Origin: Bugula neritina
Lineage: Eukaryota; Animalia; Bryozoa
DNA: 64,000 nucleotides
Direction of reading: 5' to 3'
NCBI GenBank assembly: GCA_964035545.1
Contig: OZ037766.1
Location: 8,236,722-8,300,721, forward strand
The first letter of the stretch is position 1; the number at the start of each line of letters is the position of its first letter. Of this stretch, positions 37,459 to 50,642 are shown piece after piece. A model generated the notes under the pieces. That model was not told the DNA's origin, made no database searches, and was given only the letters and a program-made list of their open reading frames with translations. The position numbers were made by a program, and so were the translations under genes.

Positions 37459-40248
37459 ATGGAATCTTCAAGAAATGTCACTTTAGAAAATCACATAAAG
37501 CTTTTTGTGGAAGCTAAAATTGGAGAAAGAGTGTTGCTTGAGTTTTCAACTGATTGTGTTTACGTCAAACCACACTCTAAACAAGGTTCTACTACTTTGG
37601 GAGCCTTCTGGGTTAGAGTAATACAGTGCTACTTTCCACGTTCAAAGTTTCCTTACAAAAAAGGCTACAGTTCTAGCCATGGCTCAGAGACCCTCTCAGT
37701 AAGTTTTATGGCTAATAATTGTAGAGTTGAGATTGCCCAGAGGCCCCTGTGGTATAATGGTATTACGCCTGCTTGCAAGCGGCACCTCTCTGGTCCGAGC
37801 CCCAATGTGGCCAAAATTATTTTACAGTAATTACACGTTCACATACATGACCATCTAATGTATGTTATTAAATGTATGCTGCAAGTGTATATGCTATTAT
37901 ATGCGTAGTATTTTATATTACTAAATATTTTATATCTTCTTCCAAGTATAATAGTTGCCATAATGTATTGCATAATACTCTTGTAGACAAGTGCTGATAA
38001 CTACACCATTACAATCTGTCTGAAAACTGGACTGCTTATTGTTGAGGGAAAACTACCTTACGAGTGGTTTAAAATAATATTCACAAAAATTCTTAAGTAT
38101 TATGATAAAACAACACATTCTGAGTCTGAACACTATTTTGAAGATCAAATTATATTTGATTCCAGAAGAGAAATTCACAAGCAAGGTAAGTAATGATTTA
38201 TTGAGTAACATAATATTAAACTTGAAGTTTTAAAAAATCATGTTCATATTTTTTCAAGTTGGTAAGAGGTTTATATTTATATTGCTAAACAAAGGCTGTT
38301 GCATTAGCTAATAATATTTGATCTATACTTTTCTTTGCTAACTTTTAAAAAGTCATGTTAAAGAAAATTTTAATAGGATTATTCAACATTGAAGTATTAA
38401 ATAAAATAAAAGTTGCTGCTAGACCACAATATGCAAAACATAAGCCTTAGTTAAACATATATCTTGGTTTTGTATATTTATATGGCAACATCTTATTACT
38501 CAACATGCACAAAATGTTTGCCATTAGATTTAAACAGGCATCAAACAAATTGTAATTTTTACTTGGACTACAAATAAATAAACAATTATCAAAGCTTTTC
38601 TGTAACACTTTTGTGCCTACTGTATAATAAATTAGGTAAAAGGATGTTTGAAGATACAACAAAACCCAAAATTGTTGATGAGAGACTGGCTCTTGTTTCC
38701 TCTGATGTTAACATGCCTTCCATTGATGGGAGATTTGAAGAAGTTACATGTTCAGACAAACTTCAACCCGGCACACAGCTGGTAAATGCTTAATATCTCA
38801 TACACAAGATACTTAATGGGAAATATTAAATTTTTCAACATGAACAAATTAAAATAAGTTTGAACCAAAATATGTAAACATAAAATTATACCTTTATACT
38901 CATGAACTCACGAAAGTTTAGAGTCATCTTCCCTGTGAGAAAACTCCTGATAGGATGTTTTTTTAAATTGGGCTAAGGGCTTATTCAGATGAGGCACAGA
39001 AGCAATTATGACTGGGAGCTCTTCCTAACATCACCAATGGCCTTTGTCGGGCTCGAACCCATGACTTCGTGGTTACTAGGCAAACACTCTAACCCCTAGA
39101 CCAAAACTGCTCCCTACACTGATACCTTTATTGTGTTACTGCCATATTAGGTTGCACTAAATGAGTCATCTGGATATACACCCAAGTGCTCAACGGCCTT
39201 GAGAGATGGTGAGCTGCAGGTCTACCCAATGTGGAAGCAACTGCTTAATAAATGGCTTGGTACTGACAACTGTAAAGTATTTGTATGTTCAAAACATATT
39301 GATGCAGAAAGACTGAAAGATTTGACTGTTATAGCATATAAGGTAAATTAAAGATAAACTTTTTGAAAAGAATATTAAATATTTTGAAGCTGCTGTTAAA
39401 TGATAATAGATGTTTATATAAATTATTAAATTAAGTTTCCTGAAGTTACATACTGCATATATTATATGTAGTCTGCAATTTTAAATTGTTGAAAGTGAAA
39501 ACTCAGCTAGAGGATATTTAAATGGTATTTAATTTTGTATTTTAATTTTAGCTGTTGATATAAGCAATTAAAATAACAATGAAATCTCAATATATTACTC
39601 GTTATCATTTACAGTTATATACATCTTCTTAGAGTAGCTTTTTTCAAGTCATATGTGCTATAATGACAACTTGTAAAGTTTTTTGGATTATATGATACAC
39701 TATCAGTTGATTATAACAGATTATATTGCTATCTATATTTATATATAGCACAGAGCTAAAACACTTTCTAGTAAATGCACATGTTTCATTAAGTTAAATT
39801 ATTTTAGCTACATGCTATGAATATTTATATTTTCTTTATGATATAGCACAGGTAAAGATCCTCATTTGTGTATTTTATGTACTGGTATCTTTTACAGTAC
39901 AGGCTATATAATGGCTTAGAGGCAGTGTATACTGATGCCGTATCAGCTAACGGCAGTAGAATGGTGCAGGTCAAGGACGAACTATTTAAAGGGTGTACAG
40001 CGGATGAAAAACTGTTTATTGAATACAGAATACTGAACAAGATTAAATATGGTGCAACTAAGTCTGTGTCTGCCAACTTTATTGCTGGCCTCTATGAGAG
40101 CAGTGGTAGGGTAGAGTTAATGATTACTTCAGCAACATTTGACTCTGAGGGATTTGATAGACTGAGCACCCTTCATTCTGTTACCATGACACAAATGAGT
40201 TCGAGGGAATTCACACAAACCTTTCTTGAAGAACTTAATACTGTATAA
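37459..40248 (+). CDS. Uncharacterised protein, 5 exons, ~375 aa; putative TBP-like segment plus degenerate PLD-like (HKD-nuclease fold) C-terminal domain
   Basis: Exons 37459-37698, 37987-38185, 38636-38781, 39151-39342, 39898-40248; canonical GT-AG, phases consistent, 1128 nt open. The gene model is well supported; the domain calls rest on weak motifs (YTITICLKTGLLIVEG..W; KVFVCSKHID; VSANFIAG..ELMITSATF). Confidence 0.75.
37719..37825 (+). repeat. Degenerate tRNA-like repeat (same family as 55766-55870) in intron 1 of the uncharacterised gene
   Basis: GGCCCCTGTGGTATAATGGTATTACGCCTGCTTGCAAGC..CCCAATGTGGCCAAAATTATTTTAC aligns with 55789-55870; A box retained, B box decayed. Confidence 0.7.
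38898..39121 (-). mobile_element. tRNA-derived SINE (second family) in intron 3 of the uncharacterised gene
   Basis: Minus strand GGGAGCAGTTTTGGTCTAGGGGTTAGAG (A box) ... GGGTTCGAGCCC (B box), then a non-tRNA body; flanked by the direct repeat ATACCTTTAT at 38888-38897 and 39122-39131 (candidate TSD). Confidence 0.75.
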
Positions 40249-43200
40249 GTAGTTGCGTTGAGTTTGACTGTATTTCTTCTTTTTTTCACATTATATATAA
40301 AGCTCTCAAAACTATAACCATAGTATGCCATGTTTAGAGTGTTAATGCAACTTAATAAATAGATATTGTATGAAATCTGTAGAAAACTGTTATGAAATGT
40401 AAATCTAAATACTAGGCACTTGGGCAGAAGAATATCTTCATGATTGATATTGCTGTCATAGAAATATTAAAAAGTTTATAAACTTATTTGAGAATAGTAT
40501 TAAACTGAAAAATATAATTGCAGCTGAAAGCTAACAAATATTGTCAGCAAATATAATTTCGAAAACTATCTATTGTTTGGGCATATAGAGAGAGAAAAGT
40601 TAAATTTTCTAGCTGCTATTTTTAAAATTTGGGAGAATTAATAAGATACTCTAAATAATTAATACTATAATCTCAACACAAAGATGCTATGTGAGTGCAG
40701 GTTACAGTCTCAGCATTTTGTTTTTAGTGCTAATGTTAAGGCTAAATTTTCAAAATCTTTAAAGTAAAAGACACCAGAAAAAAGTGCAATAAAATTAAGC
40801 ATCATGAAAATGAAACATAACATAGTGACTGCACAAACTCGAATCAGGTTATTAAAGTTAAGGATTTTATAAAACAAGCGACTTATTATTTTAGCACTAT
40901 TGACATTTATGAAAAAAATTGTATTAATTAGCTTTACATTTATAAAATAAAGCATGGGTAGCATGTATATATTGAAAAAAATTGACAGAATAATTGCTAC
41001 TGAATAAAATTGTTTATTGACAAAGCAGTTCAAGTAATCATATATGGCAATGGATATAATATAATTTTTTTCTATTTTGGCATTTCATAAAGAATGGAAA
41101 CTTTACAGAAGCTACATAATGTAATAAGTGATTGCATGTTTTTTTACCGCCAACAAACATGATATTCTTTAAATATTTAAAGAAAATACTATAGAAATCT
41201 TTAAAATGAATATCAAGCTACCATAAACCAATAAATAACTGTTGATATTGAAAATGTTTGGAGTAATGATTTTTAACTTCAAAAAAGGGGACATGCAATT
41301 ATAAATAAAAATGTTATAATTAGCATATTGTTGAATGTTGGAAAGTTTTAATAAATATGTCAAGTAAGTAATTATAATCGACAATTTTTTAACATTTTTT
41401 ACCAAATTAATGCTGATGCTCACAATATGTATGGTTGATTTTTAAAAAACACATTCACATATCAATTAAATTATTGTTTTTAAATTGCATACACAGTATG
41501 TCTAAAAAAATTTAGCGCCATTGGATATAATTGTCACATCACAACATTTAATTACGCTGAATAGTCTTTCACGAATCTTTCGCGCAGAGAGCCTTCAACT
41601 TCAAGAATCAAAATAATTCATTTGCAAAAAGGGTTGGTAAGTGATGAGCCCCGTATATCAGAGTGGGGAAGAGATTAGAATATGAGTTGACATAGAAAGC
41701 AGCAGGATTGTAATAATATTATCGAGTGTTCAACTCAAAATTCGAACTATAGAGTGCCACCATACCCGTGGATTAATTTAAAATTTTCAGTCCTCCTGTA
41801 GCTAAGCAACATGCAGGATATCTAGCACATAATCTATATACATTAGAAGTTAGAACTTGAACGAATTTCACAGGTAAACTATGCACAAAGATATAATTAA
41901 AACACATTAAGCTTCGTGAGTTTATGCAACAGCTGCAACTTGCATGTTAATTGAAACTTACATATAATACCTTAGTTTAGCTTTGAATTGTATTTTTGCT
42001 AAAAATTGATGCTTCTATCTGTGAAAAGGCATCGATTCTCTGCAACTAAAAAAAACCTAAAAGTTGAAACCATTTCATTTCATATTTACTTTCAAAAGCT
42101 ATTTAGAAATGCTGAACCTAATCGCTAAGAATGTAATTGATAGAGTAGACTGAGTGTATTGACTCAATTGAGAAAATACGTAAAGGAAGAATAAGGATTA
42201 GCCCCACAAAGAATTTGCTGAAAGGTTGAAAACTTAAGCTTAGTGTTTTGCATAGAAACAAGTAATATAGTGTTGTAGTAATTGATTATTGATAAAATGG
42301 TACTAACAATTATAACTTTGTATTAATTGGGTGTACTACTAACAATCATTGCTTCCACTTCATTGGTGTGGGTTGTACTATATAATTGATTATAACACGG
42401 AGTATTCATTCTAGAATCTAGAATTTTGCTTATTGGGATTTGGCTTGCAGTGTTTCAACTCCAGGGTAAGACTTCATCTACATGTATATCAACTAAAAGA
42501 TATAATACAGCAACTAGGCTATTAAAATAAAAATACTTGGATTTATCAGGATGCCGAAAAGTGAAATTAGCCAGCTGCTTTCATGAGAATCAAGTTGGAC
42601 AATACATGGCAATTTGACAGTTTAATTCAATTGATTGAAACTATTTCTCCAATTTACTCCATTAAGTTGGGGAGTTTAACCAACTTGAATTCACTTCTGC
42701 TTTAAAGTTTAAAGTATAAAGATACTTAGGAGTAGCAGTGAAGAAATTGAGATAGCCTAAGGTAAGTTCTTTAATTTCCTTAATAAATTTTGGTTTTGGG
42801 GGGGGGCAGATTGAGAACATAAATTTTTTTGCTAGATTTCTAATCTAGAACACAGGCTTCTCCCAATCTCTCCATTACTGCACCTACCACCATAAGGAGA
42901 GATTAACATGTCTCCTCTAAGTTTTCATTAGTTTTTCTCTGAAACTCCTAGCAGCAACCTATATTGAGTATGTTAGTCTGGTCACCAGAAAGAATATGAC
43001 TCATCTTTGCAAATAGGTCCAAGTTTTTCTTTGCTTGTAATTACAAGTTTTCAATAATCTATATATTTTTCAATCAGACAGGCTTGCTTTCTTTTTCATT
43101 ATTACTCAAATATTTTTTTACAACTAAACTGCAACAAACTGCTTGTTTCAAGGCTTAATTTAATTTCAAAATTTTGAGTACATCCTGTGACACATTTCAA

Positions 43201-43553
43201 GCAGTGATACAACTTTTTGAGCGTAAAACTCAAACCAACCAATAAAAGTCAATACTTTCTTCTGTATATTTTGCTCTTATTAGTTTTATGAAAAGTACAA
43301 CAACCTTTTGTATATGAAATTTTAACACTATATATACAAAATGTTAATTTCCATTCACTGCTGATCATACATGTTAGAAAAGGGAAGCAGCTGTAGCCAG
43401 TGACAAGATGATCCAAAGCTTCTGATACTAAAACAGGCCGACAACCAGAAAGAACACTGAACAAGGCAAAGCTGATGTCAACATGAGTAGCTGATGTCAA
43501 CATTAGTAGTCATAATTATTGCAGATCAATCTATCACACTTTAACCCACAACA

Positions 43554-45174
43554 ATGCCATGTGGCAACCGTAGGTAAATACGTTGTACTATAACCAGTAC
43601 ATAAAAATGTTCAGCTTAGCAGCAAGTAGTTTTGTAAGTTGATAATAAGCTGGGCCTGTATCAAAGGAACTTAATTGTTTGCTGTTCAACGAGACAAAGT
43701 AAACATGCTTTATAGCATGCAGCTCTGCGCTTAGTAATGCCATTCGAAATTGTTTAATCAATAAAGACAAGCAAGCCTAAGTCCTGAGATTGAAAGGAAG
43801 CTATTGAGTACTTGCTATTGTAGAAACTGCTGCCAATGTCTACACTAAAGAAGGCATTGATCGCAATGGTTTATTTGGCTCAACCTAATATAGAAAAAGT
43901 TTTAATCTCATGACAAAACTTTAAAACAGGATCAAGTAACGAAATCCTTAGCGAACAAACACAGCCATAGTATTTCTTGAAAGTCATCGCCATACAAACT
44001 AATTAGCAGTAGTTATTCCCTTAAGCTTGCTTCATTTTATAAAGGCTGGTTCTCTGATTAAGTTAAGGAACATTGTATTTGTGAGTAACCATTTGGAACA
44101 GCTACTGGGCATGACTTGTAAAGCAGTCCTCTTCACAAAATTTTTGTTCTGCTCAGACTATACAACATATACTTGGACTATTCGTATAGTGCAGCCATTC
44201 TGAAAAGCTGTTTTTATGCATTTACTTACAAAATAAACAACTTTTTAAAACTTAATGGTCCAACTTGTGTCATGCTGTCATTGAAACCATGGTAGTAGCT
44301 ACTCTGATGTATTCCATCTTCATTATGTTGTTAGGTATATGAACCCCAGACCCGATGATGGCAAGCCATATGTGCCTACTAAGAGTGAGCATAGAGCCAA
44401 CATATGTACTCATGGAGTGAGTATGTGTCCTTATTCATCAGCTATACGAAGCTTGCCTACTGACTATTGCGATTAGGCTTCTAGTATTGCATCAGAGTTT
44501 AACATTCCCACTTTAAGGACAGGGTATTCCAGGCTATCCTGTGTTACATAGCAACAAGATGCTATAATAAATGCATTTCTAGTATTTTATTGTTCACGTA
44601 AATAACTTGGCAAAAAATAAAGTAACCATATAAATGATAAATATAACATATTTTTATTTATAGAAACAGAGTGCAACATGTTTGTTGAAATTTTTGTAGT
44701 TGCTGGTCATCCCTAGTCTCATAGCATTAAAGTGGCTGGTCGGTCTTGCCCCCACATACAGTCACAAATGGATAGCTTGGATCTATGGCACATGTCTCAT
44801 ACTTTTATTTGTTACGTCCACAATGTTCCACATAGTATGCTACTGTGGCAACACTGGGTATATTTCTTGATAAACCTTACTGCAAACTACTGTCTAGATG
44901 TAAATTAAATCTGTATAAATGCATTTGCTATGTGAAAACACGCTGAACATACTGCTTCACACTCATTTAATAGTTTGTTGAACTTTATAACGCAAAGTAG
45001 CTTCATTGAGTCTGAGTATTGAAAGTTGAACTGTACAGCAGTTTCTGCTGACATTCATTTATCCTGAATATTTACCCAATTAGAGATGTGATGGTTTTCT
45101 AATACTGTTTATTTTTAATACTTTATTTACTCATGCTGAAACTCAAACTAATTGTAGAGATGACATGTTTTTCA

Positions 45175-45250
<76 letters not shown>

Positions 45251-48200
45251 TTGTAGAAGATTGAAGAGGTTGTGCCATCTGGGAGACCGAGCCATAATAT
45301 ATATTTTCATAGCAGCTTCATACACTCCATGGTAAGTGGCAGCTTGTGATGAATTAATGCAGTAGTGATAGTAACAATTATTGACAGTACTGAACAGTGT
45401 AACACCATTAATAATAATGTTAGTAAACTTGAAACAGTAGGGATGTAGGCTTCTTACGGTTTCTGAATGTAAAACTAATTATGCTATCAATTTATGGTTG
45501 ATACGAATGCTTAATTGCTGACAGACTGTTTGCATAGAACAAGATGACACATGTTTTAGTTACTAGTTATGAGCAGCAAACAGCAAGTTCCAACACCACA
45601 ACTATATAAATAATTATCTATCTAATACCTATCTATTTAATGTTCTAATCTGAACACAATGTCTGTTCTTTATTAAGCTAATGGGACTATTTTTGAAATT
45701 ACATGCTTTGATTTGTCTAAATCAGTGTCCAAAGCCTGTAAACTAATAAGGTTAAGATTATTTATTGTTCTCTGTGGTTCAACTATCCCCACTCTCCCTT
45801 ATATTAGAAAAGCTTTTAAAACTCTGCAAATTAATACAGTTTCACATGATATATTCATAAATAGTAAAGTATTAGCAAATGTACGCAGTTTTTACACTTG
45901 AAACACTAAATTTTGGAATGAAACTCTGAGATGAGCAATTTATTTCCTTTTTGTCTCAACGAAACATAAAACAAATAAACACATTACAAATTGCTATTAA
46001 TTTTCCGCCTTGACTTGGGTTACTATTTATTACATTCTTTAGCAAATGCTGGGCTAAGGGCATGGCCAGTGAAAAGTCTTAATTAGTAAATCTTAGCGTG
46101 CTTAGCCCTAATATTTCATGCAATAAGCAAGACCTGTAGAACAGTTACAATTATTGAATAAAACAAAACCATTTCTCCATTACCATGCACCCACTTCAGC
46201 AAAACAGTATATTAGGTATTTTATAGGTAGTACTTCCTTCGTACCAGGGTTGGGGTCAATTACATGTGAATGTAATTAATTACAATTACCATTACATGAA
46301 GATTTGTCAATTACAATTACAATTATAATTACAGTTAAAAGGTAATGTAATTAATTACAATTACCATTACATGAAGATTTGTCAATTACAATTACAATTA
46401 TAATTACAGTTAAAAGGTAATGTAATTAATTACAATTACAATTACATGGTAATGTAATTAATTACAATTACAATTACTTTTGTTCTCACAGGGAATAACT
46501 AGAGGTTATACAATGTCACTTCTAGGGTCCAACTACCAGAGGCAATGTTAACAGCGGTGAACCTCCTTTGTTCCCAATAGTGACACTATAGGGTCACTCC
46601 ATGCCAAATCAACCAAATTTTAAGGGGTCCCACACCTTTGCTTCTCAGATTTTGCTTATGTTTACACATGTCCGGTGTACTATTCGTGAATATTTCTGAC
46701 ATGACACAAAAACTTTTTGAGAAATAACTACATTTGTGGAAAAAGGTTGGGAAAACCTTTGAGGAAAATTTGTGATTTCTACTTTTAGACCAACTTATAA
46801 ATGTCTATATCTCAACCATATTTTCAGACTGAGCCTTAAAAATTGATGTGGGGGATATTTAAAAAATTTTCAAAATTTACACAAACTTACCCATATTCGA
46901 TGGTTTAGCATATATGCACACAAATTTTTCTGTAGTATGTGTTGGTACTAGTGCAAGTTGATAGGCATTATCAAATTGCACAGCAAATTTTAAGGCTTAG
47001 CCTAGAAAAATGGTTGAGATATAGACATTTATAAATTGCTCTAAAAGTAGAAATCACCAATTTTCCTTACAGTTTTTCCCAACCTTTGTCCACAAATGTA
47101 GTAATTTCTCAAAAGGTTTTCTGTCAGGCCAAAAATATTTAAGAAGAGTACTCAGAACATATGTAGGCCTATTTGGTGTAAATATGAACAAACTCTGAGA
47201 CACAAAGGCACCGGCCATGTGGTGAGTTAGCATGGAATGACCCTATACTATATTGACTTAATCTGAACTTGTTATTTAACAGTAGATATGGTAGGAAAAG
47301 AAAGATTTTTTCAAGATTTAAAAGTTTGAAGTAATTGACATGTAATTATAAAGTAATTGTAAAATTCAATTACATTAGCAATGTAATTAATTACAATTAC
47401 AATTACATTTTTATGCATCAATTACAAATTACATTCAATTACTTGAAAAAATGTAATTAATTACAACCAATTACAATTACAAATTACAATTACCCCAACC
47501 CTGCTTCGTACATATTGAAAATATGCAAGAAGGTTTTTTTTATATAAAAAAGACAATTTAGCATATTCTCAGTATCAACAAAATACATAAGATTTGACAA
47601 CAACTTACTAGGCAACTGTACAACTCTAAAAGTTCCAACACAGCAGGATATTAGTTACAATGCCTACAATATGTTATAATTAGCACGTATTAGTTAGCAA
47701 CCACTTAGTCTTTTATTTGAACAATAACTCTCATTATCTGCAAAGAGCTGTTGATACTTATATATTGATTATTCGGCAGCTTGACAATAATTTATTGCTT
47801 TAAAACTTAGCATGTGAGATAATCTGGCAGCTGTTGTCAGCATTAGGCTACTATACAACAGCAATATCAGTGCCTTGAATTCTACTGCTCTGAATTCGAG
47901 TTTACACCTTCACTGAAAAGAGAACAGAGTTTTAGTTAATTTAACTCTGCCTGACCAAGTACCCCTTTACACCAGCTGAGTGTAATATAGGACTGAGTAT
48001 ACACAAATAAACCCATAGTTTGATTAGACCCAGGTTTATATTGCCTGCATATTGCTCTACTAGCCAATGTAGAAACATTTCCACTTTCTCCATGAAGCAA
48101 CAAAAGTTGCTTAATTTTTATTAATAAAACTTTAAAAAAGACAAATTGTAACTATTCTCTAAAATAGTCATTGTTTAATAACTAAGTATTATACGGGTGT

Positions 48201-50642
48201 AGTCAAGTTATAAATCAATCCTACCAGCATTTTAAGGAAGTTTGTTGGTTGATTTAATGGCTTGCAAGCTTGCATGTTGGCAAGCAGCTATGGGTTTAAT
48301 TTACATGTTTATATTATATATATCTTAACCTAACCTCAGACTGCTATCTTAGTGAAATATATTGTACAGTACATTATGGTTTTCAGTAATTCCAGTAAAC
48401 CACACAACCAGAATTACTGCTAGTAATTATGACCTTCCACCAGCCTTACTAATTATTGCTAATTATCATTATTATCCAGACCTCAGTATTGTATATGCAT
48501 AATTAAGAAAGCAATAATTTGATAAAATAGCAGTTTTCTTTGCTCCTAAAATGTTGCTAACTTATTTTGCTTATAATTTTTAAAGATTCAATATATATTT
48601 AGTTTTATAAATTGTAACTAATAGCATTTTACATGAGTTGAATTGGAGTTTTCTACACTTTGCAGTTATTACCCTATGCTACACTCTAGACCTCTCTGTT
48701 GAGGCTTCCCAATGCCGCTGTATTGTACTTGTTGCCAGCAACAGTCTATAGCTAGGGCTTTTTATGTAGGCTAAACAAAATGTAGTTAGAGCTTTCTAAA
48801 GTTCCCACCGCACTCACATGTATAAATTGTTTAATATTATATATTCTCTGTTATTTGAAGTATATAATTGATAAAATCTTTGTTAAATACTTGGCATATA
48901 GTTGACATTTTTCTCACATTAGTATAACACTCCTGTAGAACAGCTTTTCAATTTAGCTGCCACGTTACTTTAAAAATTTTAACCCAACTATTTACTAGCC
49001 ATTACTGAATTAAAAAGTTATTAATACATATACTGCTACTAGCAGCATTTATTAAGGCTATATTATCATAGCATGTTTGTAATAAGGTAAAGCATATAAA
49101 CAGCGATACTATAACTTATAATCTAAAAATAACATCAAGTGTTGATATATTTCTTTACATACAAATGAGTACCAATCAGTAAATTAATAACACAAGGCTG
49201 CTGCTATACTTCAAGCACTGCATTTTGCTCGTTTGTTATAGTTATATTAATTCTGCAATCACTAACATTTTTTCGTGCAACATATTGAAAAGAATAGAGC
49301 TGAATTCATGTCTAATATAATTAGTATATAATAGTCAATATGTTATTTATTCTAATTATATGGAAAGCTGATGCATGCAAAAAGTCAATTGTAATAAAAC
49401 CTGTAACATTACTCTGTATTTAAACTGCTAATATATTATAAACTGCATATAACTAACTGGTTATGGAATTGTAGGATGGTTTTAAAGAAACACAACATGA
49501 ATGAGATTGTGTGGCTAACATGGCTGGCAACATTATTCTGTGTGGTCTACCAGTTTTCATTCCATGATAAGTAAGTACTAAGTTGACTTTGTGTTTCAGC
49601 AACTGTCAGAAAATATCGACTCTGAAGAATTAAAATATTCAGTAAACAGTTATTGCGAGAACTGCACCCATAATTGCATTAACAAAGCCTTCTAAAGTTT
49701 TAATAAAATTTAGCCTTTGACGGAAGGTTGACTTTTAGCTATTTTATATAGTGAACTGGGTGCTCTTTCTACCTCTAGGTGTGCTTCCTTGGAGATATGC
49801 TTTTATTTGGCTCTGGGAATATGCCCATCAGTGTTTATCACTGAAATGGTAAGTACAGTTTTTAATTTTATTGCAGATATTAATGCAGCATTTACTCACG
49901 TTATGCTACACATTTTAAAAAAAATTCTATTTCATTACTTCAAGATACCGGCTTTACCCTAATTTTAGAAACAAACATAATTTTAGATGCTATTTTCCAA
50001 AATTTTATTTTTTGGCTTCACAAAGATTACAATGAATTATAGCAGAGCAAAATTGACTTCATAAATAGCTATAGACCAAATAAAACATATATGTCAGCTT
50101 AAATAAGAAAAACTCTGTTGATTAGTGATGCACTTCTGTTTTATAAAATATGATAATATTTGCTGATGTACCAAAAGTATTGCTGTTGATAACTCAACAT
50201 TTTAATGAGTAAAAGCTGTAACAAAATTGCTTAAAACACTATTTTTTGTTCATGCACATTTTATGTTTTATTACAAGCTTTATGATGCAGCTAGAATAAA
50301 TTATACAGTATGCGAATAATTGAAATTTTTAGCACCTTATATATTATAGTGAAATATTATATATATTATATAAATAAAATGACAAACATGGAAATTTCAC
50401 ATCTAAGCATGAGTTTTTATGTGTTCTATTTGTAGCATAATAAAGACGGTATACTGGAAATGGCACTGAGTGGGTTTATAGTTATATCAGGAATATTCTT
50501 TTTCAAAGCAGATGGTATGATTCCATTCGCTCATGCAATTTGGCATTGCTTTGTGGCGGCTGGTGCTGCGTTCCATTACTACGCAATTCTAAAATACTTG
50601 TATATACTTACGGCTACACATGATTACGAAGTTATTTCTTAG
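43554..50642 (+). CDS. MMD: Monocyte-to-macrophage differentiation factor (MMD/MMD2, PAQR10/11, haemolysin-III family), 7 coding exons, ~235 aa
   Basis: Exons 43554-43573, 44335-44416, 44700-44857, 45257-45331, 49475-49570, 49779-49848, 50436-50642 (708 nt). Motifs: [69 protein letters not shown]. The first micro-exon is less certain. Confidence 0.93.
45178..45248. repeat. (TA)~35 microsatellite directly upstream of an MMD splice acceptor
   Basis: Perfect run ending 8 nt before the exon start at 45257. Confidence 0.97.
46245..47503. mobile_element. Non-autonomous hAT-type DNA transposon with (AATTAC)n subterminal arrays, in MMD intron 4
   Basis: TIR CAGGGTTGGGGT / ACCCCAACCCTG; perfect 8-bp TSD CTTCGTAC at 46237-46244 and 47504-47511; internal 75-bp tandem duplication at ~46269-46418. 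Confidence 0.92.
46591..47243. mobile_element. Fold-back MITE nested inside the hAT element
   Basis: Termini GGGTCACTCCATGC / GCATGGAATGACCC flanked by TATA on both sides; long imperfect inverted arms (e.g. TTATAAATGTCTATATCTCAACCAT vs ATGGTTGAGATATAGACATTTATAA). Confidence 0.85.

Noticed and set aside
46260-46480. Repeat array superficially resembling a CRISPR array
   Set aside because: No unique spacers, eukaryotic context; these are subterminal AATTAC repeats of a hAT element
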